The notes under the pieces: generated by a model | Database searches by the model: none | The model's input: the letters and a program-made list of their open reading frames with translations, nothing else | Told to the model about the DNA's origin: nothing | Assembly: GCF_018350175.1 (NCBI RefSeq) | Contig: NC_058368.1 | Location: 37,326,001 to 37,390,000 of the forward strand | DNA length: 64,000 bases | Direction: 5' to 3' | DNA from: Felis catus | Lineage: Eukaryota | Part shown: piece after piece, positions 1 to 13,687 of the stretch | How positions within the stretch are numbered: the stretch's first letter is position 1 | Layout: every line of letters starts with the position of its first letter | Program-made: the position numbers and the translations under genes

Positions 1-2113
1 AGTTTTCTGAGTTACGTACTTTGATAATTTTTCTATATATGTGTAGGCACTTCAGTAGGAAGATTACATAGGTGATTATATTCAGAAGCTACATTAAGGC
101 AGAAGTCTATAAAGACTTTGATAAGGTGTCTTGCATTTTTTGTTCTTGAAGTTCTTCTATTTCAGTTAGAGCATAAAAAATTATGGCATGTATGTTGTTG
201 AATACGTGTAATATATAAGGCATTATTAGGTGCTTACAAAAAATACTTTTTCATCCATATTTGTGGAGAGTTGACATAAGAGATATCCATTTCACAATAT
301 TTTTGTGCTTTGGCAAAGTATTTGATAAATACATTGGCAAATATGATGTGATCTATTGTACATTAAAACACTGTAACAAGGGAAGAAGATGTTTAATAGG
401 GCTTCAGGAGTGATCCTTTTTTGATCTTACATAAAACATTTCCGACCCAACTAATGCATATTGCACTACAGAACAATGCAATCTATTTAGATGAACTATA
501 AACTAAAGAACTTCATGGAGCCCTTTCTCTTACTCGTGTTGATCAATCTATCTCACATCCCATCTGTTAGGAAAAGAAGTATATATCAGAATTGTAAACA
601 TAAAGCAATGTATATGTTTCTAAGGTAACTTTTAGCAAAATATATGTTATTCTACCAAGGACTCCACCAAAAAACTATTAGAACTAATAAATGAGTTCAG
701 GAAAGTTGCAGGATATAATCAACATATAAAAATCACTTACATTTCTATATATCAACCCTAAATTATCTGAAAAAAATAAAACAATGCTATTCACAATAGC
801 ATCAAAATTAATAAAAGAATAAGTTCAAGCAGATAAAAAGATCTATACACTAAAAAGATTAAGACATTGATGAAAAAATTAAAGAAAACACAATAAAAAT
901 GAAATAGACTTCATTTTAATGGATTAGCAGAATGACTATTGCTAAAATTTCTCTACTACCCAAAGCCATCTGTTGATTCAACACAATCCCTACCAAAATT
1001 TTAATGGCAAGGCTTACAGAGATAGAAACAACAATCCCAAAATTTGTGTGTAAGTACAAACACTCCAAGTAGCCAAAGCAATCCTGAGAATGAAGAGCAA
1101 ACTAGAGGCATGACATTTCCTGATTTCAAAATGTATTACAAAGCAGTAGTAATCAAAACAATATGGCATTGGCATTTAAACAGGCACATAGATTAATAGA
1201 ACAGAATCAAGAACTCAGAAAAAAATCCTCACATATTTGGTCAATTAATATTTGACAAAAGAGCCAAGAATACTCCGTGAGGACAGGATAGTTTCTTCAA
1301 TAAATGCTGGTAGGATAACTGGATATTCACATGTAAAAGAATGAAACTGAACCCTATCTTAAACCACTCACAAAAATTACTTTGAAATGGACTAGAGATA
1401 TAAATGTAAGAGCTGATACTATAAAACTCCTTAAAAAATAGGGAAAAAAATCCTTAACAGTCTTAGCAACAATATTTTTTAAATGACACCAAAGTAAAAG
1501 CCTTCAGCATAGCAGAGGATATTATCAACAGAATGAAAAGGCAATTAAAGGACTGGAAGAAAGTATTTGCAAACCATAAATATGACAAGAAGTTAATATG
1601 CAAAATACATAAGGAATTCATACAACCCAACAGTAAAAAATCCAAGTACTCCAATTAAAAAATGGTCAGAAGATCTAAACATTTTTCCCAAGAAGACCTA
1701 CAAATTCCCAACAGGTATATGAAAAGATGGTTGACATCACTAATCATCTGAGGGGAAAAAAATCCAAACCACAATGAGATATCCCCTCACATCTGTCAGA
1801 AGGGCAATTATCAAAAAGATAACAGACAACCATTGTTGGCAAGGATGTGATGGAAAAAGAACCCTGGTGCACTGTTGGTGGGAATATAAATTAGTCTAAC
1901 CACTATGAACGCAGTATTGATGTTCCTTAAAAAATTAAGTAGACAATAACCTTCTGTTTTTAGCAATCCCATTTCTGGGTATACATCTATAGGAAATGAG
2001 ATTACTTATCTTGGAGAGAGAATATGCATCACCATGTATATTGCAGCATTATTTACAATAGCCAAACATGGGAACAGTTTGAGTGTCCACTAAGAGATGA
2101 ATGGATGAAGAAA

Positions 2114-2114
<1 letters not shown>

Positions 2115-2153
<39 letters not shown>
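2115..2153. repeat. (TG)n microsatellite inside L1
   Basis: Direct read. Confidence 0.95.
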
Positions 2154-2155
<2 letters not shown>

Positions 2156-2508
2156 TATACAATGAAATAGTACTTAGTCATAAAAAGATGAAAATCCTGT
2201 CTTTGCTTGAACATGTACTGTCCTTGAGGGCATTTATGCTAGCCCAAATATGTCAGATAAAGTCAAATACTGTATAATATCACTTATATGTGGAATCTAA
2301 AAGAGTCCAATCTGTAGAAATACACTATAGATGGGTGGTTTACAGGGGTTAGGGGTTGAGGGAAATAAGATGTTGGCATAAGTATATAAATTTTCAGTTA
2401 TAAGATGAATAATTTCTGGAAATCTAATGTATAGTATGATGACTATAGTTAACAATACTGTATTATATATTCCAAAGTTGATAAGTAAGTAGACATTAAA
2501 TATTCCCA

Positions 2509-2509
<1 letters not shown>

Positions 2510-2544
<35 letters not shown>
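2510..2544. repeat. (CA)n microsatellite inside L1
   Basis: Direct read. Confidence 0.95.
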
Positions 2545-2549
<5 letters not shown>

Positions 2550-2883
2550 AAATTATGTGAGGTGATGGATGTGTTAACTAATCTTATAACGGTAATCATT
2601 TCACAATATGTACATATATCAAATCATCACAATAGCTTACACAGTAAGTCAATTATATCTCCATAAAGCTGGAAAGAAAGCCAGCCTGTGTTTGTTCTGA
2701 AGCTGACTTGGAATTTCTTTAGGCAATTCTAAGGATTAAGAAAAAAAACTCAAGTCCATTAAGTCATTACCAAATAGGAAGAAATAAAACTGAAACACCG
2801 ATTTCAGAAATCATTATAAAAATGGAGCTGTCCAAAGAGTAAAATATCAAAAAGTTAAAGAAGTAGAGGATGGGTTCTTATAA

Positions 2884-3095
2884 TTTTTTTTTAACGTTTA
2901 TTTATTTTTGAGACAGAGAGAGACAGAGCATGAACAGGGGAGGGGCAGAGAGAGAGGGAGACACAGAATTGGAAGCAGGCCCCAGGCTCTGAGCCATCAG
3001 CCCAGAGCCCGACCCAGGGCTTGAACTCACAGACCGCGAGATCGTGACCTGAGCTGAAGTCAGATGCTTAACCGACTGAGCCACCCAGGTGCCCC
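2884..3095 (-). mobile_element. Felid Can-SINE (SINEC_Fc-like)
   Basis: GGGGCACCTGGGTGGCTCAG head on minus strand, (CT)n, A tail; 18-bp TSD gaggatgggtt(c/a)ttataa at 2866 and 3096. Confidence 0.95.
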
Positions 3096-4334
3096 GAGGA
3101 TGGGTTATTATAAATGATCTAGATTATTGATGGGATCAGAGCTGACTACAGCTCTGTGTATCTGGTAGAAGAGTACAAAATATAAATTCAGGGAGGCAAT
3201 AGTTCAAATAAGCTTGCTCTATATCTATTATGGATAAACCCAGTAAGGAAGAAGCAAAACAATGTGTCAGAGAATAAATATTCTAAATCACCAAAATATT
3301 AGAAACAAGCCCAATTATTTTACTATGAGGTCATAACACAACTGAAGACCTTCTTGAAAGAACTAAATGATTTTTTTTTTACTTTGAATAAAAGTACTGC
3401 CTCCTTCAAAGTTTTTCTTTTCTTCCTTTTTTAGGGAAAATAAGCTCAAATTTTTATATTGAAAATGCCACGTAAACATTTGCCTTATATTGTATTTATT
3501 ATTTAAAACCATAGCCTCCTTTCTCTTTCCTCAAGTCCGATGACCTGACTTTCTATTAAAATCTAAAGTAAATGACCAGTTACCTTGAGGAGTAAGGGTG
3601 ACTGACATTCAAATAATTAAGGGCGATTTCTAAAGTGATGTTATTAAATATTAAGCACCATTATAATAATAGTTTAATAAAAAAGCTCCAGTTCTATTTC
3701 ATGTAAAATTAGAAAAATGATTTATTTTGATGAATAAAAAGGCAAGAAAGAGTATTATTTGAATCTAGATTTCATGTCATTTATTTAATTTATGCAATTA
3801 TAAATTATAGACACATTTCAAGTGATCTTTTGTGAAAGAAATATTAATGTTCACAAAAAGACAAACTCAAGGGATTGTAGGTAGCATGCACTATTTGCTA
3901 TTTGTGAGACATTGTAAAGAAATGCACAATTGCTTTAGTACATTCTAATTCAATTACAAAGAGAGTGACAGGCCCTGGATGAACAGTGGTGGTGGTGCTA
4001 AGAACAATTTCCAGGTCTGTCAAGAGTCTCACAACTGGGGCCCCTTTGTGGAACAGAGGCATAAGGACACTCCATAAACGTGACCCTGACGTGCCTCTAT
4101 TTTCTGGCTCGAGTGGAAGCCAGATTTCCCTATTGGTCACCTGCCACTGCTGGTCCATCTTTCTCTGTGTGAGGAGTGTTGTGTGTGTATGTGTATCTTC
4201 TATATAACATTGTCTTTTAATCCACACTGAAGACCTACTGAGAAAAATTTTGTTAGAGAATCACATCAATCTTTCACACAACCCAGCCTACTTTCCACAT
4301 TGCTGTAGTACTGAATAAGCATAGATTTCCTCAA

Positions 4335-4360
4335 ACACACACACACACACACACACACAC
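4335..4360. repeat. (AC)n microsatellite
   Basis: Direct read. Confidence 0.9.
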
Positions 4361-4599
4361 GAGCAACAGAAAGCATATCCTTACAAAAAGATACTGCTGA
4401 TAAAACTTAGGAGGAAACCAGGTCTCTAGAGATTCAGAGACACTGTCTGCCTTCAAAACAGATTTAAACTTACAAACAGAAAATACCATCAGTTCTGTTC
4501 TCCACGTGAATGAAGGAGACATTGTACTTGTAAATAGAATATCTAGGGAGCGTTCTTAGGAACAGGTTGCACATTTTAATTTACTTTTAAAACATTTTT

Positions 4600-4831
4600 T
4601 TATAAGTGTACTCTTTTTTTTTTTTCCAACGTTTTTATTTATTTTTGGGACAGAGAGAGACAGAGCATGAACGGGCGAGGGGCAGAGAGAGAGGGAGACA
4701 CAGAATCAGAAACAGGCTCCAGGCTCTGAGCCATCAGCCCAGAGCCCGACGCGGGGCTCAAACTCACGGACCGCGAGATCGTGACCTGGCTGAAGTCGGA
4801 CGCTTAACCGACTGCGCCACCCAGGTGCCCC
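4600..4831 (-). mobile_element. Young felid Can-SINE
   Basis: CpG-rich body; TSD acttttaaaacattttt at 4583 and 4832. Confidence 0.95.
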
Positions 4832-5786
4832 ACTTTTAAAACATTTTTATAGTGTTTATTCTGTGTTCGGTTTTTTGTTTGTTTGGTTTGATTTTTGGTT
4901 GGTTGGTTTTTATTTTGTATTTTCTTGGTAGTCATGCACGGTTTAATCCTGAAAACAAACCTTGAAAGAAGTTATGATTTCTACCCTATATTACAGATGA
5001 GGTGATATAGAGTCTTTGAAAGCAGTTATTGCAGTTGTCATGAGAATACACCCGATACCCTACTGCTATACAGAATATAATTGAACAAGTGTTCTAGGTG
5101 CTGTTCTTTGAAATCCATCATCATGTTTGTGGCAAGGCCGTGCCTCACACAGGCTGCTCTAGGACAGTGACTTAGTTGGCAGGACACATGGCTGTGGCTG
5201 CCAGGACTCTTAGATGGCAGACTTTGGCCAAACATTCCTGAGACTGCTCCTTGAATGCCATCAAGACGCTTCCACTCAGCCTTTTCTAAGTGCAGTTCTG
5301 CCTAACTGTTCCACAGGATGGTCATGATTTTAGGGCATACCTGGATTGTGAAACTTTTAAAGAATGCAGTGAATGAAGAACCCCCCCCCCCGCAAAGAAA
5401 AGGAAGAAATTAATCTCCATGGTGTTCAGTTTTACTTCCGAATATAAGTGCAGAATCCTAATTAATATGCCTGAAAATAATTCAACACCATATTCAAGAA
5501 AAATCGGAAATGAGTATTAATAGTGTTTTAAAAAATGTGGTGTCAAAACATATTTGCTAATACTCAAAATTTATTCTTCAAAAGAAACTAAATTGGTAGT
5601 GTGAGATTACTTTTTTAACATGATAAAAGAAAACTATCTCATTATTTTAGGATTTAATGTCTTCTAAGTTTGTAAATGGGACTAATCACTTTTCAAAAGT
5701 AACTGTTAAAATTTCCCTATCTGTAAATAAAAGATTTATAAAATTAATGTAAAAGCCAAGGACAAAGTTGAGTTTTTTAAGTTTTT

Positions 5787-6015
5787 TTTTAATTTTTTAC
5801 AAATATTTTTATTTATTTTTGATAGAGATTGAGCAGGAGCCAGCGCGCACACAAGTGGGGGAGGGGCAGAGAGGGAGGGAGACACAGAATCAGAAACAGG
5901 CTCCAGGCTCTGAGCTGTCAGCACAGATCCTGACGTGGGGCTCAAACTTTGTGAACCATGAGTCATGACATGAGACAAAGTCAGGGCTTAACTGACTGAG
6001 TTACCCAGGTGCCCC
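5787..6015 (-). mobile_element. Can-SINE (first of tandem pair)
   Basis: SINE head at 6015 (cccaggtgcccc), A tail near 5800. Confidence 0.9.
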
Positions 6016-6042
6016 TAAAGTTTTTTATATACAATTTTCTTA

Positions 6043-6224
6043 CATTTATTTATTTATTTTGAGAGGAGGGGAAGCATGAGCAGGGGAGGGACAGAGAGAG
6101 AAGAGGAACAAGGATCTGAACTGACCTCAGCAGACTAGCCCCATGTGGGACTCAAACTCACAAACTGAGATCATGACCTGAGCCAAAGTTGGACACTTAA
6201 CTGACTGAGCCACCCAGGTACCCT
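6043..6224 (-). mobile_element. Can-SINE (second of tandem pair, older)
   Basis: gactgagccacccaggtaccct head; tttatttatttattttgaga tail. Confidence 0.88.
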
Positions 6225-8944
6225 GAGGTTTTAAAGTTTTTAATATAAAGGTATTAAACATTAGCTTAGTTTTCTAATTGGATAAAAAGCCTGTAGATAA
6301 TCTTTAGCATGCAAAACAATTTGCCCTCGAGTTATCAAAAGTCCTAAATTTTAAAAGACCATTATATAAAGGCACCTCACATTATCTGATGAGTTTCTGC
6401 AAATTCTAAGTGGTTTTTTTCCTTCTGTTAAGAAAAGAAAACAATCTTTTGAAAACTGACACAAAATTCTGGATTTTTAAAATGATAAAAAAATAAAAGT
6501 AACTATTAAATTACATTATATCATTACAGTTCATACTAGAGTTTGTAAAATGACATGTACAAATATGTAACATTATTTCATCATTTTATGCTTTTAAAAA
6601 CTCTCTAAATTTTAGAGTATTTGGGGTAAAATATAGTGCTCATAATAAAAAAAAAGTTATTTAAAGTAAGATTTCAATGCTGTCAAGGTTTTGTGCATCA
6701 GTCAATTAACTCTGACTTAGAGCTGCATTCCAAGCCACATACAGCCTTCTATTCAATTGTCTTCATACTAGATCATAGGTGAGTTGAGTACAAGATCCAA
6801 GACTTACTTTGGTATTCCAATCAAGAGGGAACCAGATATGAAACTATGGTTTCTTCAATGAAAACCTGTGTAATACATATTTTAGTGAAAACTTAGACAG
6901 CATTGATTATAACGTGTAGCGCTAAGTTAGCAGAAACAGTGCCAGTTCCAAGTGTAAAATCCATCTCTGTTTCAGAGGTGATACATGTGCAAAATTTTGC
7001 CCCTTAGAATTCATGAGGTATGGTACTGCCCCTTTACTATTGACTCTGGGATCCTCCATGGAGCTTTAAAAGAAATACCCATGATCTTGAGCCTTGGTCC
7101 TCTTCCTTAAGCTCTGAAATTCAGACAAAACATAGTTAGTACCTTTCAAGACTGGTGTAAAAATATTCACAGACTTTGATCCTTTGTGAAACTCATTCTG
7201 CAAGTAAATCTTAAGTGTCTCCAGTATTTTCTTCTCCCAAGTTCCCATTTTCCATTTCCTCATGGGACCATCAGGAGTTCTTTTGTTCACCTTAAACCCA
7301 CCATTTTGTATTTTCATGGTCTATATTCTAGATGCAAGCCTCTTCAGTCATCTATTCAACTCATATTGTCCTTTCTTTTGTGCCCGAGTTCCGCTCCATC
7401 TGTCTCCTAGTTTTTTAACTTGCCTGACCCAAACACTCCTGTGTTTGTAGTAGGTACATGTTTTACTGTTTATATCCTCACGTGTATAAAATGTAACTGT
7501 ATTTTTCTACCTCAATTTAACTTCTATTTTAAACTTCTTTCCATTGAATAATGGAAAACCTAATCTTGCCAATTCAAAATAAATTCAGTCAAACTTGTTA
7601 TATCTGTTTAATATGGGTTTATAATCCAATCATGTTAAGATTCAAATGTACTTCTGAGGTTTTCTCCTTGTCCGTCCATAATGAGGTTAATTAAATTATA
7701 AGTCCTGCTAGGCATACCTGTTGCTAAAGGGTCCTTGTAGAGATAGGAATCTCTAGGTTCTTCAGGATATAAAATAGAGCTGAGGTCATATGCTTAGGCA
7801 TAAGAATGGTGAGCTGAATGGAATTAAAGTATATTATTCCATTTCAATTTTGCTTTCTGCTACCAATGACCCACTAATACATGAGCTATATCTTCACAAA
7901 ATTTCCAGTGGAGATGGCCCAGACTGTACTGGGAAAGCCATCTCATGTCAGCCCCAATAGGTTTCTTGCAGTGACCTTCTGTATCTTATTTGGAGACAAG
8001 GAGAGCTTTCAGATTCTACTCCACTCTACAGACCCAGACAGTGTGAGTGATCACTAGGCATCAGAAGCCTTCAAATGCCACACATTTCCATAATGAAATT
8101 TCTTCTCTCCGGCACCAGGTTTTCTCTTTCTGCCTCAACTGAACTCAGATAGAGAAGCGCAAGTTATCCCTGCTCTTGAACTCCAAAGTGGAAGGTAGAT
8201 TCCAGACTGACAAGTGGATGCAGTGATTTTACACCATCACCTGCACACCCTCTTTAACCTCCCATCCTCGGCCACACACACAAATTGCTTCTAACATGTT
8301 AAATTTTTTCCCCAAAAACTTTTTTTCCTTCTTTACAAATCCTGAGTTTTCTAGTTCAGAGATTTTAGGGAAGAACTTCTTTGGCCAGTACATGTGGACT
8401 TTCTCCCTCACATCTGAATCCTAGGCTTTTGCTCCTAGCATTGAAAATGTGGTGTCTTTTCTCCCTGGCTTGAATCCATCTACTGGTTGCAATGAATGGT
8501 GCTGGCTCCTGCACTCTGAATTTCAGTGATTATGGGCAGCAGAAAAAAGATTCTACAGTTTATGTCTCAGATTAGTATTCTGCCACACTCAGTTATTAAT
8601 TTCATACTCTAATTTTTTTCTTTCCTTTTCTGATCTGAGCAGAAACTTTTTTTTTTTTTCAGAGGGTGCTACTGCCCTAAAGCCCACCTATTTCTCTATT
8701 TCCCCACACCTCGTGCGGCTCAGGGTCAAGAGATGCCATGCATCCTCTTTACTCTCTGACCCTGGGAATGACTTTCATCACTCCAGTCTCCTGTGGGCAC
8801 TGCTCTCGTGGGCATTCACAAAAAAATTCATATGCTAGAATTTTAAAATGGACACTGATCTAATGAGATACAATTAACATCACTTTTTAAACCATGATAA
8901 CAAAGGTGAGAATTTTCAGTTTTGATAAAACCGGTTGTGTGACT

Positions 8945-9165
8945 TTTTAAAGTATTTTTTTATTTGTGAAGGAGAGAGAGCATGTGCATGCACAAACCCA
9001 CATGAACAGGGGAGGGGCAGAAGGAGAGGGAGAGAGAGAAGTTTAGGTAGGCTTAGATAGTGCAGAACCCAAAGTTGGTGCTTGATTTCACAACCCTGGG
9101 ATCATGACCTGAACTGAAATCAAGAGTCAGACACTCAGCTGACTGAGCCACAACCCAGGCATCCC
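8945..9165 (-). mobile_element. Older Can-SINE
   Basis: SINE head and tail; degenerate TSD aaaac(c/t)ggtt(g/a)tgtgac. Confidence 0.88.
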
Positions 9166-9499
9166 TAAAACTGGTTATGTGACCTTCAGTCTCCATTCAA
9201 TTTAAGCAGATAGAAAGGTTGAGAGTGAGAAGATGAATGAAAGGGATTTGGGGGTGAAAGAGTGTTTGATATTTAGAGTTAGTGGGGTTTTTTTAATTTT
9301 TAAGTAAAAAAATAATTTAGGATACATCAGAGAAGTCATAAGGCCTGTGTGACTTTTCATTTGGGGCAGTGAGTAAATGAGTAAATGCTGAGGAACAGTG
9401 GGGGAAAAACCAAAGCTTTTTGTTTCATGCCACAAATAGTGTTTTAGAACCATTTACATCCTGCTCTACTATTTTTCTTGGTCATTGCCAACCCCAAAG

Positions 9500-10700
9500 T
9501 TCATTGTCTTCCCACTTATGCACTGAAGATACAGCATATCCCTCGTAGTGGCCCCTACTCCCTTAAGTCCTGACACTCTGGGTTACTTTATCATCCATGT
9601 AATTGATCCAGGCATATTGTGTTATTTCTTTGCCTTATATCCAGTGACCCTCCTACATGCACTGAGTAAGCCTCCTTCCCCCCCCCCCCATTCCCACCCC
9701 CCATCACACTTTGGATCGTGCAGTTGGCCAGAATGGCTCCACTTGTAGAATAATAAATACATTGTCGTATCTGGCCACAACCCTCTAACCTACTCCTTTA
9801 ATTTAAATAACTCAATTCCTCCCCATTATATATTCTTAACCTATGGAGTCCCCTGCTTTCTCCGCAGCAGCTCTCTCATCAGAATTTTTTATGTCTTTCT
9901 TAAGTTTTAATGTTACGTCTACTTTGACCTCCCTTTTCCCAGGATCTTCATTACCTTCACCCCATTACCTTTTCATCACTCCTGTCTTGCAAAATCTACC
10001 TGGTTGAGATTCATAGGTCCCCTTTCTCCGTACTGGCATCCATGTACATGAAGAGTGACTTAGAAGAATACAAAATCATGCAAATTCATGTTGAAGGCAT
10101 CCACTGGTTCTTTCTATAATTAGCTCCTTTTCCCTGTCCCAAACCCAGTTACTTCAAACATCCTCCGCTGTCCACAAATTTCTGACTCTCCCTCTGCCAT
10201 TAATTCTGGACAGATAATTTCATCTTTCTACTTCTTTGGACTTCACAGACAGAGTAGGTAATTACTCCTTTAAGTTTCTTCAACCAACTTATTACACACT
10301 TCTACAATCTCATCCATCTTTGGCCTCTACCTCTTCTCTGGATAACGTGCTGTCCTGAATTGTCTTCAACTTGAGCTACTGATTCTTCTTGATTTTCTCC
10401 TTCTAAATCTCCTTTCATATGAATTCCACTGCATCCAATGTTTGTCACAGGAGGCAGGAGTAAAGAAAACGTCCTCCAACCACACACCCTTCTTCTACTT
10501 TGCCCTATATTTCCCCTCTCTCTCAAAGCCAAATTTCTTGAAGAGAATTGGCTGCCCCTATTTACTTTCCGATGACTCTGAATTCTACTGCAATTTCGCC
10601 TTCACTCACATCACGCATTGAAACCTCTCTTGTCAAGGCCACAGTGACCTCTGCTGCTAAATCAAATCTAACATTTGAGACTACACAAATTATTTTCATC
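9500..10700 (+). mobile_element. L2 fragments (boundaries approximate)
   Basis: Pyrimidine-rich decayed sequence with an L2-type motif (ctcttgtcaaggccacagtgacctc...gctaaatcaaat). Confidence 0.55.
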
Positions 10701-11629
10701 CACCTGCTTTTCTTTTAGTATCACTTAGACCTCGTAGTATTATCTACATTTTCTGAATAAGAAACTGATATTCTGAAAGCTAATTTGGTCAGTATCACCA
10801 ACATAACTATAGCTGGTAAAACCTGATCTCGAATCAAGGCCTTCTGACTCAGGATCCTATGTTTTGCCACGGTAAAATAAGGTGAATCAATTATACTTCT
10901 ATTCATTATTCCATGGATGTTCACCATTTATTTTTTACTTAATTCTATATATTTCCATGGCCCACATTGATAGCAGATGCCACAGCATCTGAGGCTATTA
11001 ATAATTTAAGATGACCTAGAAATTTCTGGGGAAAGGGGAAGCTAATGAGAACAGTTTTGTCTCATGAATTTCTGAGCAAACATAAAGACACTGAACGTGT
11101 TAGAAACACACTATTTTTCTTGTGTAATGTAAATGGACTCAAGTGAAATTCTTAAAAAAAAAAAACAGCAAAAGAGTAAAATCTTACCCATTGTTAGGAA
11201 TTAGCTTCTGGATTGGGCTTAAAAACCCAATATTGAATGATAGATCTCTGATCTGATTTGGAAAAAAATCCATTTTTTTTCTCTTTGTCTTTATAAATCT
11301 CTTTCCGTTGAGAAACTTCTATTTTGGTGGTAAGAAACTCATGGAGAATAATTATCCACAAGAATTTTCAGTTCACTGCTATGGTATAGGTATGTGCAAA
11401 GCGCCCTGAAAGCAGAAGAAAATAAGCTCTAGAGAGCAGGCTTTCCAGAATAAATGGCACTTGAGCGAGGACTTAATGGATTGTAGATGTTTTTCAAGTG
11501 AAGTGGGCAAGAGAGGAAAGACATCTAAGCTGAGGGACCAACATATGCAAAATGCAGAGACATAGATACCCTGGTGTGTTTAGAGAAGTGCAACCAGTTG
11601 TTCCAATGGAATATTAGTCAAGTCTCTCA

Positions 11630-11960
11630 AAAATCTAATTACCAGGGTGACAATTCAAAGTAGTTTGGAGAACTAAAATCAGCAGAGTGGATTTATTGTT
11701 CACACAGTGGAAAATCTCCAGAGTGGCTGGTTTCAAGCACAGATGGATGGGAGGATTTAAAAGATGCCATTAGTTTTCTGTTTCGTTTTCCTCTCCTGTC
11801 TTTCTCTCCCTTTCCTTCTCTACCCACCTCCCTCTTTTCTCTTTTTCCTTCCTTCTCTGTTAGCCCCATCCCCACGCAGGATCTTACCACGGAGAAATCA
11901 AAATAGCTCCCAGCAGTGCTAAGCTAAACTCGTCCCCATATTCCTGGTCACAAAATGTGT
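11630..11960. mobile_element. Ancient MaLR LTR (MLT1I/J-like) fragment
   Basis: ggatttattgttcac...gaaaatctccagag...ttcaagcacagatgg pattern typical of MLT1J. Confidence 0.4.
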
Positions 11961-13429
11961 ATTTTCTACCCATATTTCAGTTATACACGTACCAGGTTAA
12001 GAAACCCTGTTCTAGCTGAATGGGGAGCCTTTGTCAGGAGTGTGATAATTCATATGTAAGAAAAACAGGGTAACTCTAGTACTTTTAGAGATAATTCAGG
12101 GAAACAAAAAAATTTTATGGTGTTTTTCATGATTCAGACATATGTTGTCTTTACTATGTGTCATAATTTATATCACCCATTTTATGTTGATGCAAATATA
12201 TGTTTTTTCATTACTGTTAAGCCCTGCAAAAAGTAAATCGGCACACACAAGTTTGAAGCTCTGTACCAAGCGCAAAGGGAAAAAATGCACATTTTGCGGT
12301 GTATACATAACTGACCAATAGCCTTCCATAAAATAAATCCCAGTTTTTACTTGCATCAGAAGTCTACCTGTTTGAATTTTCCAGCATCGACTCCTTGAAA
12401 TTACGTAGCTTTGTAATTGTCAATATGATAATACAATTCGATTAGAAGAGAAGTTTTTGTGTGTATTTTCGCAAAGCGGGATCTAATAGTTCCCTTCTGT
12501 GTCCATTTGCGGTTTGGTTAGTAAAGAGCGAGAGAGATGGTTGTCTTAGCACTTTTACTGTTTGGCAACTTAGTTTTTAATCATAAACGTATCAGTGTGT
12601 CCACCTCCAGCAGTATGACAGGTGTGAAAAGGAATTGATGAATCCAGCATTTTCACCAAAACAATAGGGTGGCAGTGTAGACTAGAAAGAAAGGAGCCAA
12701 ATGAAGATGGCATATATTACTGGCATCATGTCTCAGATGGAAGGGCCAGGAAAACAAATGAGAGAACCATTTGGATGCAATTAGGAAGCAGGAGGCAGGA
12801 AAAAGGAAGAAAAGTCTGTAAACTAAGGAGCAGATGATGCCTGTGTAGCCCACAGTCCCCAAACCTTTCAGCTTGCCTTTGCTGCTTGTTCTGCTGTAAC
12901 AGTGTATGTGGACACTCGCTGAAATGTACTCAGCCTTGAGATTATTAATAATTTTGAAACTGAAGCCAGCTGCATACAAAATACTGTAGACTGAATGCTT
13001 CAAATGATTCTCCTGGCTTTATGCATCCCCTATTAAGACATTTATCTCATTAAATTGCAGTTTTATTTTCGGTGTCCTTAACTAAACCCTGAGCTCCAAA
13101 GCGTAGTTCCAATAGCACATTTGAAAAGCATCTCTGTATGTGCCACATGCTAGATACGTAATGAGAATTTTTAATAAATTAATTTATAAATCAATTTTCA
13201 CATGTCTTCATGGGTTTCCCTCCCACCCCCCATTCAAAGCAACTGAAACTCAGAATAATACCCACCGTCTTTTTTTAATTATTATTATTATTTTTCCATT
13301 TAACAAATATTTAGTGCTAGGCCCTGAGGATTCAAAAATCGGCCTTGGAAATTTCTATGCCCTTGATGTGTCATACTTTAAATAAGGTGGGGCATGTGAA
13401 AGAGAAGTAAACCATTGACTGCCATGTAC

Positions 13430-13600
13430 AAGGCATAGTGTTCCCCACTTGCATGCATTATCTCCAATGCTCAGAACAACCCCAGGGTCATCTTGTTGTG
13501 TGCATTTGGAGAAAATGAGGCTCAAAGATACTTATGAAATTTCCCTAAGATTTTAAACCAGTTGTTGGAAAATCCAGGATATAAACACCATGTTTTTTAC
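13430..13600 (-). mobile_element. MIR
   Basis: ctcagaacaacccca...gagaaaatgaggctcaaaga core. Confidence 0.6.
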
Positions 13601-13687
13601 CTTGTTGAATGTTGCCAGTTCTTTCTTTCTTCATGGAGCTAGGCAGTAGTTTTCTATTTCTTTTCAGTCATGTAAAATGGGAGGATA

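Larger units (their letters stand above)
640..2680 (+). mobile_element. Old L1 (L1MA/L1MB-like), 3' ORF2 plus 3'UTR, decayed
   Basis: ORF2 remnants (KDSTKKLLELINEF...), typical L1 3' motifs, ends ...aattatatctccataaagctgg; multiple stops and frameshifts. Confidence 0.9.

Noticed and set aside
2902..3084. Recurrent similar peptides (MAQSVK..., GAPGWRSRLSVRLQPG..., ...FLGQRETEHER...) suggesting a gene family
   Set aside because: All are translations of Can-SINE copies (also 4606, 14485, 20032, 39745, 43425 and others).
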